A DNA stretch of 42,855 nucleotides, from positions 1 through 42,855 of IMG/VR virus record IMGVR_UViG_3300037461_001664. The stretch is one strand, 5' to 3'. Positions within the stretch are counted from its first letter, which is position 1. Each line of letters opens with the position of its first letter. Origin of the DNA: a virus (lineage: Duplodnaviria > Caudoviricetes). Shown here in pieces: positions 19,307 through 26,921 of this stretch. The notes under the pieces were generated by a model. That model saw only the letters and a program-made list of their open reading frames with translations, had not been told where the DNA came from and did no database searches. A program made the translations under genes and the position numbers.

Positions 19307-20448
19307 ATCATTGCAATGAACTTGTCCTCATCATCATATTCAACCTCAAACTTTGAGAAGATTGTCTCATCCTCATCCTCGGGTTCATCAAGGGATGAGA
19401 TATAATGATCGATCTCCATCAGGTATTCCTCTGCCTTATTCAGGAGTTTCTGATAGATAGCCGTTTTTGCGACCTCAACATCTCTAAACCTGTTGTTCTG
19501 AAGCATCTCGTTGTTGATAGTCTTACGGATGCTTCCAGGCAGATACCAGAAATCGAAACGGAATATGGCTGTGGCCATGGTCTTATAAGCCACAAAACGC
19601 TTTATCTTTCTCAACAGCGTTTCATCTGTTGAATCCCATGGATCCGATTCCCTTGGAAGGATGTCATCCTTAATAATCTCATTGATTATGAACCGGGACC
19701 TGATATAGAAGGCAGCGCTCTTATCAATGCCATAATATTTATCGAACTCTTTATAGTCTTTGAAGATCAGCTCCTTCAGTTCGGTACACTGTTCGCTGAG
19801 TGTCCATTCGTGGAATATGATAGTATCTTCCTCAAGCTCTTCCCATTTGTCAGCATCGAACTCATCTTCACTGGTATGGGCCTCGGTGCAGAGGTAGAAT
19901 GTCTCTTCATAGTAAACAATGTCATCGATCTCATATTCTGTTTCCCCCTCCCACTCTGTCCACTCTGTAGCCTCTTCGTTCAGGTAATCGATCAAATCAT
20001 TGATCTGCACCCAGGCTGTAAGCAGAAGTTTATCCTTGGCCTCATCGGTCTGGTATTTAAATGCAGCTGTTTCATTCTCACCTTTGATGACCGTAACGGA
20101 GTTATTACTGATGCGAAGCTGCAGCCAGATAAAATGATGGTACATGGTAAAATTTGCCAGAGCCGGCTGCACCAGGTGCACCAGTTCATCCAGCTGCTCA
20201 TAGCTTGGGATGGGCTCTTCTTCTTCTTCTTCACCTTCACCTTCACCTTCAGGCTCGGCCTCATAATTATCTGAGTTATAATGGTTGATCATCAGATCCC
20301 AGAGGTCTTTTCCAATGATGTCTTTCATCTCATTGGCTGCCAGCAGCAGTGAGGAATGGATATTCTCGAGTTCAAAGGAGATGTCAATATGACTGATCAC
20401 CCCTTTAAGCTCTTCGCTGGTTGCAAAAGGATATTTGTAGGTGCTCAT
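19303..20448 (-). CDS. Head-tail connector-like protein (DUF6712-like) with CBM5/12-like insertion (381 aa)
   Basis: Follows the portal; IIGKDLWD..QPALANF..AFKYQ motifs; inserted WEGETEYEIDDIVYY..YLCTEAHTS..KWEEL. Confidence 0.6.
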   Translation of the reverse strand: MSTYKYPFATSEELKGVISHIDISFELENIHSSLLLAANEMKDIIGKDLWDLMINHYNSDNYEAEPEGEGEGEEEEEEPIPSYEQLDELVHLVQPALANFTMYHHFIWLQLRISNNSVTVIKGENETAAFKYQTDEAKDKLLLTAWVQINDLIDYLNEEATEWTEWEGETEYEIDDIVYYEETFYLCTEAHTSEDEFDADKWEELEEDTIIFHEWTLSEQCTELKELIFKDYKEFDKYYGIDKSAAFYIRSRFIINEIIKDDILPRESDPWDSTDETLLRKIKRFVAYKTMATAIFRFDFWYLPGSIRKTINNEMLQNNRFRDVEVAKTAIYQKLLNKAEEYLMEIDHYISSLDEPEDEDETIFSKFEVEYDDEDKFIAMI

Positions 20449-20451
20449 GGT

Positions 20452-21939
20452 TTAGTTGCTTGATATGTTTTCCATGCGTTCTTTTGGAGGAAGCTCTTCC
20501 TGTCGTTCAGGGACATTGCGGAAGAAGCCCAGCTTTACCCTGTCTTTCTTCAGGTATGGGAAGTTGATGGCCAGTGCGGTGTTGATATCCTGGCAGATGA
20601 AATCCTCAGCATAATAAAGTGAGTTCAGGTAGATCAGGTAATTGTAATAGGACTGGCTTCCCGAGCTCTGGAAGATACCCTCTTTGCTGACATTGCTTAT
20701 GGATGGATCCAGTCCTTTGCCTTCAAGGATCACCTGTACGGTTCTTGCATCGTAATCAAGTATGCTTTTGACAAACTCCTGGTACTTGACCGGGATCTCC
20801 TTGAATTCCCATTCTTCAATACCGTGCTCGGTACGGAAGCGCCTGGAGACAAATGTCTTTCCCTGGTTCTCCCCTTCACCGGTCAGCACATTTGTCAACG
20901 CCTTCAGTTTGGCGTCGATAAGTTTCTGTACCATCCCATAATTGAAGATGGTACCGATATCTTCCAGTCCATCATAGGATTCGATCAGGGTCAATCCGGA
21001 CTGTTCGCGGTTCTTGTTTTCTTCACAGATATCGCGTAAGGTCTTCTCTTTGATCTCGATCCATTTTTGAGGGATGATCACATGGATCCTGGCACTGAGA
21101 GAATTCTTCAGGTATGAGTTGATATATTTTGGATTGAGGTTGGAGCCCTTGATCCATTCTTTAAGTCCATAATAAAATGACGGAAAGGAATAGACTTCCT
21201 CTCCAAATCCGAAATCCCTGACATAATTGACCGCTGTCGGGTATCTGGTAGGATCCGTATCGTCGAATCTGGGATATACATCATAGTCAAACCTGAATGG
21301 GATCTCCCAGTAACCATACAACACCACATCAAGCAGTTCATCTTCCAGCATGGAGGTGGGAGGGAGAAGCCCATTCATCCCCAGCCTCATTCTGGTGGAA
21401 GGATAATACTGCAGTCCACGGATGGGGATCTTACCGCCCGGGATCCTGCGGGAGAGATTGAAATAATACCGGGAGAAGATCCCCTCAGTATAGTAGTATT
21501 CCCGTATACAGAGCTTCAGGTAGGATTCGAAGTTTTGGCTCAGCCCGGATTTTCTCCATGAGCGGAGCCACTTCCACACTTCATCATAGTCCTCTTCCGA
21601 TGCCGGGATCCGGTTCTTCTTTTTCTTCTCGTTCTCTTCCCTGAATAGGTAAGGCCCATGACCATACATGAAGCGCACCTGCTTATTCAGAATCTCAGGC
21701 AGCAGATGATTGTCACGGATCAGGATCCGGAGCTCACCAGGCATGTTGTTATAGGTGCCATAGCTTGCAACCGTATAGTTCCCCAGGGTGAAGAATTCCC
21801 CGGGAGTATATGACTGCAGCATGCTTTCTTTTTCGGAATCGATCTCCGACTGATCAGCGCGCTTGATCAGCTCGAAGGTGAGCAGGGCATTTTCCCCGTT
21901 AAACAGGATTCCGCGGTTATCATAGCGTTGGATGTGCAT
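20452..21939 (-). CDS. Portal protein (about 495 aa; alternative start 21960)
   Basis: SYGTYNNMP, VYSFPSFY, LTGEGENQGK and SSGSQSYYNY motifs; size; downstream of terminase. Confidence 0.8.
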   Translation of the reverse strand: MHIQRYDNRGILFNGENALLTFELIKRADQSEIDSEKESMLQSYTPGEFFTLGNYTVASYGTYNNMPGELRILIRDNHLLPEILNKQVRFMYGHGPYLFREENEKKKKNRIPASEEDYDEVWKWLRSWRKSGLSQNFESYLKLCIREYYYTEGIFSRYYFNLSRRIPGGKIPIRGLQYYPSTRMRLGMNGLLPPTSMLEDELLDVVLYGYWEIPFRFDYDVYPRFDDTDPTRYPTAVNYVRDFGFGEEVYSFPSFYYGLKEWIKGSNLNPKYINSYLKNSLSARIHVIIPQKWIEIKEKTLRDICEENKNREQSGLTLIESYDGLEDIGTIFNYGMVQKLIDAKLKALTNVLTGEGENQGKTFVSRRFRTEHGIEEWEFKEIPVKYQEFVKSILDYDARTVQVILEGKGLDPSISNVSKEGIFQSSGSQSYYNYLIYLNSLYYAEDFICQDINTALAINFPYLKKDRVKLGFFRNVPERQEELPPKERMENISSN

Positions 21940-21941
21940 GG

Positions 21942-22256
21942 TTAGGAGTTTATGAACCAATCCACTTTCATGAGTTCAAAATCAGGAGGGAAGGCTACCA
22001 GCCGGATCAGTCTTTTAAAACACATCCTCGGTTCACCGGTATCCAGATCGGTATAAGGCAGATACAAGTCTGAGTCCGTCTTGAACAGATCGTCCGGCAA
22101 AGACGGACGGAGCCTGGCATGCAATACGGCATGCATCCCGTCTGTCTTCTCCCGGTTGATGTCATAGGTGAGATGGTGCATCTCAAAGTAACTATGCTCA
22201 TCATGCCTGAGCTGCCTCATCCTGGCAATGGCTTCGGCTCCTGAAATAACTTTCAT
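21942..22256 (-). CDS. Phage hypothetical protein between terminase and portal (104 aa)
   Basis: ORF directly after a late promoter motif. Confidence 0.75.
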   Translation of the reverse strand: MKVISGAEAIARMRQLRHDEHSYFEMHHLTYDINREKTDGMHAVLHARLRPSLPDDLFKTDSDLYLPYTDLDTGEPRMCFKRLIRLVAFPPDFELMKVDWFINS

Positions 22257-22261
22257 GGAGT

Positions 22262-22296
22262 CAAATTTCTATCTAATCCAACGCTGTTAAAAGGAC
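22262..22296 (-). promoter_or_regulatory. Putative late promoter (portal/neck/tape measure block)
   Basis: GTCCTTT-N20-GAAATTTG. Confidence 0.75.
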
Positions 22297-22302
22297 AAGC
22301 AA

Positions 22303-23976
22303 TTACACTCCCTGGTAATCCTGATCGCTGCCTGCCTTTGAGGGAAGATATTTTTCATAAAGCCCGAACAACAGATACATCAGCGAGCTGGGAATCTGTG
22401 TGGACCAGTATGCCTGGTCTTCATAAGCCAGCTTCTTTTCTGAGCTTTTGTCAAGCTCTATCACTCCTTCGGTTCTTTTCAGCGGACTCATATAGATGGA
22501 GGAGATGAGCTCTTCACATTCATTCTGGCAGATCCGGAGTTTAGGGACCCGCTTATCCTTTTCACCCAGGATGATGTTCAATAGAAGGTAATGTTCCCAG
22601 TAGAAGATCGTTCTGTTGGCCAGGCTCATCAGCTGCACGCTCCAACCAAGGTCCTCCAGCTCCTTTCGCATGATCTGGGCATCAGTCTCTCCTTTGGTAT
22701 TGTTCTTATAGATACGCTGGTTCCCGGCCCGGTCATAATACAGGTAGATCGTTTTGCGCTGATGGTATTGGAAGAAATCACTGATCCTCCTGGCCAGCTC
22801 AAAATGCTGGTCCGGAGTGATCACATAGAGGTTCTTGAGCACCCGGTGTTCTTTGTTCTTCTCTTGGGATATGACCACGCTCATAAAGTTCCCAGGGTCA
22901 TAGCCTATCAGTAATGGCTGGTTGGGATCACAATACTTCAGGTCCCGGGAGGTCTTATAATATTTGCCATCCACTGCATAAAGGTCGATGTTGTTGTACT
23001 TGTAGCTGTCATCGAAGATATGATGCTTGGAAAACTTCCCAAAGAACATATCCTTTACCTTGTTGGGCCGTATGCCAAGGATAGATAGCTTGAACCGGTC
23101 TATGTTGCTTCGGGATCCACGTAGCTGGTTTTTGATATAATCAAGGCCCAGGATGAGCAGGTTGGAGAAGCTGGATCCTTTTACGTAATAGGTGGCACCC
23201 TTTCTCTTCTCTGTCATCCTGGCATCCCACCGGTCGATGAAAGCCTGCAGCCTCTTTTTCTCTTTTTCATTCTGTGAGTTGATCATCGCATACTTAGCCT
23301 TTGAAACCCTAAAGGCTACATATATGATCTCCTCAATAAGCTCTTTGTTCATATTCTCCTCAAAGCTCAGCCACCAGTCATTATCGTTTTCAAAGTTTGG
23401 AGTGGATGAGAAAGCGGTGATCCCGGCAAAGTAGTGGCTCTTTCCATGGATCTGCCTGTCACCGCGAAGGGTGGGGAGAATCCTTTCAATAAAATCGGTC
23501 TCTTTGATCCTTAGAAGTTCATCCACGAATATATGAGCGGCATTACGGCCAATAGCACTCTCGGGCCTGTCGTTTGAAACAAACTGCACCACGGTACCCC
23601 AGGCAAATGAGATGGTATGTTCCCAGCGGGTTACTTCGGTATATGGCAGCCTGAAGTGCTTGGGTGGCCGTTTACCATACTCGTAGTGCACTCCCCTGAC
23701 ATAATTCTTTGCAAGATGGGTGATAATCCCAGGGACAATAGTTTCCAGGATGAAGGTATAGGTGGGGCCCACTAAAAGCACTATACTTCTTGGCATGGCA
23801 TAGGTGACCCTTACAATCCTTGGGGCAAACATCTCCGTGGTCTTACCGGATCCCCGCCCGATCTCACCGATCACATTCTGGGTATCAGCCAGAAGCACCC
23901 TGGTCTGCAGGACGCTCAGGTATTTTTCTTCGAAAAGATCCCAGTTAATTTCCGGAGACTTCTTCATAATCCACAT
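22303..23976 (-). CDS. terL: Terminase large subunit (possible start 23967)
   Basis: Walker A GRGSGKT, Walker B IFVDE, SST coupling motif, nuclease IGYDPG and YYDRAG. Confidence 0.92.
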   Translation of the reverse strand: MWIMKKSPEINWDLFEEKYLSVLQTRVLLADTQNVIGEIGRGSGKTTEMFAPRIVRVTYAMPRSIVLLVGPTYTFILETIVPGIITHLAKNYVRGVHYEYGKRPPKHFRLPYTEVTRWEHTISFAWGTVVQFVSNDRPESAIGRNAAHIFVDELLRIKETDFIERILPTLRGDRQIHGKSHYFAGITAFSSTPNFENDNDWWLSFEENMNKELIEEIIYVAFRVSKAKYAMINSQNEKEKKRLQAFIDRWDARMTEKRKGATYYVKGSSFSNLLILGLDYIKNQLRGSRSNIDRFKLSILGIRPNKVKDMFFGKFSKHHIFDDSYKYNNIDLYAVDGKYYKTSRDLKYCDPNQPLLIGYDPGNFMSVVISQEKNKEHRVLKNLYVITPDQHFELARRISDFFQYHQRKTIYLYYDRAGNQRIYKNNTKGETDAQIMRKELEDLGWSVQLMSLANRTIFYWEHYLLLNIILGEKDKRVPKLRICQNECEELISSIYMSPLKRTEGVIELDKSSEKKLAYEDQAYWSTQIPSSLMYLLFGLYEKYLPSKAGSDQDYQGV

Positions 23977-24574
23977 CCAGCACTTCTGCTGCCTCTTTCA
24001 GTATTCTTTCTTTGTGTACCGTTTCAAGGTCAAGTTCTTCCAGGAAAGTATTTGTATCCAGCCACATCTTCCGAAGGTTACGCTCCTTGAGCCCAAGGCG
24101 CTCCGGTGACATATCCGGGGAAATGATCTGATCCTTTATCTTCAGGTCCTCCGGATTGATGGCATTCTCATCGCGCCTGGTACGTAACTCATGTGCCTTT
24201 TCAAGACATAGCCTGGCTTCCTTTAAGTCTCCAAGCTTCTTATTATCATCAGCCATTTCTTCGAATCGATCAGCATAATACTGATCCCAGGCTTCATTTT
24301 TTACCTGGTTGTTCAGGTGGAAATAATTCATAGCATCAGATATCTTACGTTCAGCATCTCTGAAGCTCATCCCCTCATCCTGGAATTCATCCATTAACTG
24401 CCTGACTGATTTGTAAGTATCACCACAATACCTCATAATCTGAACAGCACGGTCAAGGTGAATGATATATCTCTGTAGATATTCAGGTATGGCCATGGAT
24501 TGCTTTGTCTTCCGGAATTCTGCAATTATGGCAGGATCGATCTGGTCAAGTTCCCTTAAAGAAGGTCTGGGCAT
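23945..24574 (-). CDS. Putative terminase small subunit (209 aa)
   Basis: Helical protein overlapping the terL start; ends in DVDYEEV, as many TerS proteins do. Confidence 0.6.
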   Translation of the reverse strand: MPRPSLRELDQIDPAIIAEFRKTKQSMAIPEYLQRYIIHLDRAVQIMRYCGDTYKSVRQLMDEFQDEGMSFRDAERKISDAMNYFHLNNQVKNEAWDQYYADRFEEMADDNKKLGDLKEARLCLEKAHELRTRRDENAINPEDLKIKDQIISPDMSPERLGLKERNLRKMWLDTNTFLEELDLETVHKERILKEAAEVLDVDYEEVSGN

Positions 24575-24588
24575 GATGTAACTTTTGT

Positions 24589-24623
24589 TAAATATTATCG
24601 ATTTATATATTTTCCGAAAGGAC
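24589..24623 (-). promoter_or_regulatory. Putative late promoter (terminase), variant -7 box
   Basis: GTCCTTT-N20-AATATTTA. Confidence 0.6.
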
Positions 24624-24704
24624 GCTTTTACTGCATTATTCCGCCATTTTTAGATATCTAATGTATTTAATGATACTTTCTTAATCACATTATCAACTTT
24701 TCTA

Positions 24705-24778
24705 TGCCATTTGGTCACACGGCCGATTCCGTTCACGCTGAGCCCGGGCTTTGGAACACACCTGCCAGTTTGTCACAC
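24705..24778. other. Candidate packaging (cos/pac) site
   Basis: Direct repeats TGCCAkTTkGTCACAC (24705-24720, 24763-24778) around palindrome AGCCCGGGCT (24741-24750), in non-coding DNA upstream of the putative terS. Confidence 0.4.
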
Positions 24779-24791
24779 AAATATGAGGCTT

Positions 24792-25199
24792 TCAGCGTGC
24801 TATCAGGCGCTTCATGATGCCTAACTTGACCTTGTACTGCCTTATCAGCTCCTGCCAGGCCAGTTTTTCCTCATCATTCTTATACTTTTTGTTTTTCAGC
24901 TGGGATTGATACCTGGAAATACTTTTATCAGCATTCACCAGCTCATTCATGAAGCGTTCAGGATCCGTTTTACGCATCTGGTCGAGCTCATCGATCAGCT
25001 TCTGATCCTTGAGCAATGGGTGTTTATACAGGAACCGCCCATGCTTCTGGTAGTGCTCTAACTCCTGGAAAGCCAACCGGTTTCTGATGTCATCAGAGAT
25101 CATCTGCTTTATGTTATCCAATGAAGGATCCCTATCAAGCAGATGATCCGTCCTGGCCATACGCTCCCATGCATATACACGGTCGTTGTATAAGACCAT
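24792..25199 (-). CDS. Downstream half of a -1 frameshifted pair (fusion about 287 aa)
   Basis: Frame stays open upstream to the A9 run at 25268-25276 (SGPKEEYPAINWEDTSNPDIQIC-MVLY). Confidence 0.75.
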   Translation of the reverse strand: MVLYNDRVYAWERMARTDHLLDRDPSLDNIKQMISDDIRNRLAFQELEHYQKHGRFLYKHPLLKDQKLIDELDQMRKTDPERFMNELVNADKSISRYQSQLKNKKYKNDEEKLAWQELIRQYKVKLGIMKRLIAR

Positions 25200-25237
25200 G
25201 CATATCTGGATGTCAGGATTAGAGGTATCTTCCCAGT

Positions 25238-25654
25238 TTATTGCGGGGTATTCTTCTTTGGGACCGCTTTTTTTTTGCGCGGTGTCTTCGGCTTTGCAGG
25301 AATATCAAAGGTGAAATTGCCTGCATCTTCACCCTCTGCCTGATCAGCGGCTGCCTCCTGTCCTGTGGGAGGCATATCCGGTACCGGCTCGGGTGATGGT
25401 GCCGGAGTTACCTGCTCCTTCATCCAGTCGGTGATGATCCCACGGTTTTCCAGGACAGTCTCCCCACATACCACATCAAGGATCTTCAATAGCATCCGGC
25501 CATCAAGGTGCTCCTTGTTGTACTGATTGGCTTTCTCAAGCTCTGGGGTCAGCCTGGAGTCAGGGTACAATCTCTTGTAGAGTTTCTTATCTGCCTCGAA
25601 GTATTCAGCTGATGTATGCTTTACCACGAAGTTATTCTTTTCAGGGAATGTCAT
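25238..25654 (-). CDS. Upstream half of the frameshifted pair, possibly a tail assembly chaperone (138 aa)
   Basis: CGC AAA AAA AAA GCG slippery run shortly before the stop; follows the putative tail tube gene. Confidence 0.75.
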   Translation of the reverse strand: MTFPEKNNFVVKHTSAEYFEADKKLYKRLYPDSRLTPELEKANQYNKEHLDGRMLLKILDVVCGETVLENRGIITDWMKEQVTPAPSPEPVPDMPPTGQEAAADQAEGEDAGNFTFDIPAKPKTPRKKKAVPKKNTPQ

Positions 25655-25690
25655 AATGATATTGCTTTTAGGTTACTGACTATGATGCAG

Positions 25691-25725
25691 CAAAGATGGT
25701 TTGTAATACAATGACTCAAAAGGAC
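25691..25725 (-). promoter_or_regulatory. Putative late promoter
   Basis: GTCCTTT-N20-CATCTTTG, immediately after a terminator. Confidence 0.75.
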
Positions 25726-25727
25726 AT

Positions 25728-25771
25728 AAAAAACCCCGGGGAACATTTCTCATAACAATGTTCACCCGGGG
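25728..25771 (-). terminator. Rho-independent terminator after the capsid/tail tube genes
   Basis: Stem CCCCGGGTGAACATT/AATGTTCCCCGGGG followed by T6 on the minus strand. Confidence 0.8.
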
Positions 25772-25809
25772 AAAACCCAATACGTATGATTATGGAATGG
25801 GGTTATCTT

Positions 25810-26829
25810 TTATGTCCTGGTGCCGGCAATCTCATAATACTTGTATGAAGCTGCACCATCTTTGAAGACTTTGAAGCAGATCTGGGTATTGGCCAGCGCT
25901 TCCCATTCTTCACCGGCGATCAGCAGGAAGTCGTTGCCATCTCCGATGGTTGAAGGATAAGTACCACCCGAACCAAGGATAGTGACGGTCCTTCCGATAT
26001 CAGCATCGGTCACGCTGGTGAATCCTGTGATCTCCACAGCCGCCACAGTTCCATCGGTAAGCTGGTACCTTGGATTGTCGGTCATGGTGATGGTGACTGC
26101 ATCTGCAGCCACGGTGTCGGGATCTTCTGTCGGGGTGTTACCTACGTACTTGCTCCAGACCTCACCGCAAAGATTCTTGAAAGTAAGTGTGAGGGAGGTG
26201 TTTTCTTTGGTGGCCCCGCCCGTGAAGCTTACCAGCTTCAGTGGTTTACATCCGTTGCCTCCAATGAACTTATCACCTGTAGCACAAATCTCCCAGACTA
26301 CAAAGAAACCTTTCCCAAGTCCGGTTTCCAGAAGGTCTAATACATCATCCTCCATACCACCCAGAACGAATGTCAGTTCATTGGTAATATTGGAAGCGAT
26401 ATCGCCTTCTTCAGCGCTCGTCTTGGGTTCGGGGGAATCGAGTACAGACTCAATATAATGCCAGTACTCTCCTGCTTTTAAGGGTATATTACCGCGTTCG
26501 CGACCGCTTCGGGTGGGGAATGCCTGTGTGTCATCCCATTGGTCCTCAGAAATGACCCAGAGCTTTGCCCTGACCTGTTTCCCGACACGCTTTTCATTGG
26601 TCACGCTGTCGATATCACCCACAGCTCCCATGATGGTTGCTACTCCGATGGTCCCGCCACCGATCTTGAAGAAGTCTTCTTTGGTGGCAGCCCCTGTTGC
26701 ATACATGCAACCCACGGTAAGCACTGCGAATGCCATCAACAGCCCGAAGAACAGACATCTTTTCTTACGCAGGGCCTCGAAGTTCTTTTCGGATGCCCAT
26801 GCTAACTGTTTTGCATTTAGTTTTTTCAT
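25810..26829 (-). CDS. Putative major tail tube protein with hydrophobic N-terminal leader and C-terminal accessory domain (339 aa)
   Basis: Beta-rich core (IPLKAGEYW..ELTFVLGG..FIGGNGCKP..LTLTF); follows the capsid gene and precedes a terminator and the frameshift pair. Confidence 0.6.
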   Translation of the reverse strand: MKKLNAKQLAWASEKNFEALRKKRCLFFGLLMAFAVLTVGCMYATGAATKEDFFKIGGGTIGVATIMGAVGDIDSVTNEKRVGKQVRAKLWVISEDQWDDTQAFPTRSGRERGNIPLKAGEYWHYIESVLDSPEPKTSAEEGDIASNITNELTFVLGGMEDDVLDLLETGLGKGFFVVWEICATGDKFIGGNGCKPLKLVSFTGGATKENTSLTLTFKNLCGEVWSKYVGNTPTEDPDTVAADAVTITMTDNPRYQLTDGTVAAVEITGFTSVTDADIGRTVTILGSGGTYPSTIGDGNDFLLIAGEEWEALANTQICFKVFKDGAASYKYYEIAGTRT

Positions 26830-26877
26830 GATCTGTTATGTTTTTTGTTTTTAAATTGATTGGTTATCTGAACAATT

Positions 26878-26911
26878 GGGACCGGTAAGTCACCGGTGCT
26901 CCACCGGTCCC
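26878..26911 (-). other. Intergenic hairpin between capsid and tail tube genes
   Basis: GGGACCGGT..ACCGGTCCC inverted repeat without a U tract. Confidence 0.55.
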
Positions 26912-26921
26912 TCCATTGATT

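Noticed and set aside
20216-20250. Phase-variable simple repeat
   Set aside because: 3- and 6-nt units keep the frame and simply encode an acidic linker
24792-25654. Frameshifted pseudogene
   Set aside because: The break is at a slippery run with an intact overlap frame; programmed frameshifting is more likely, though a homopolymer error is not excluded
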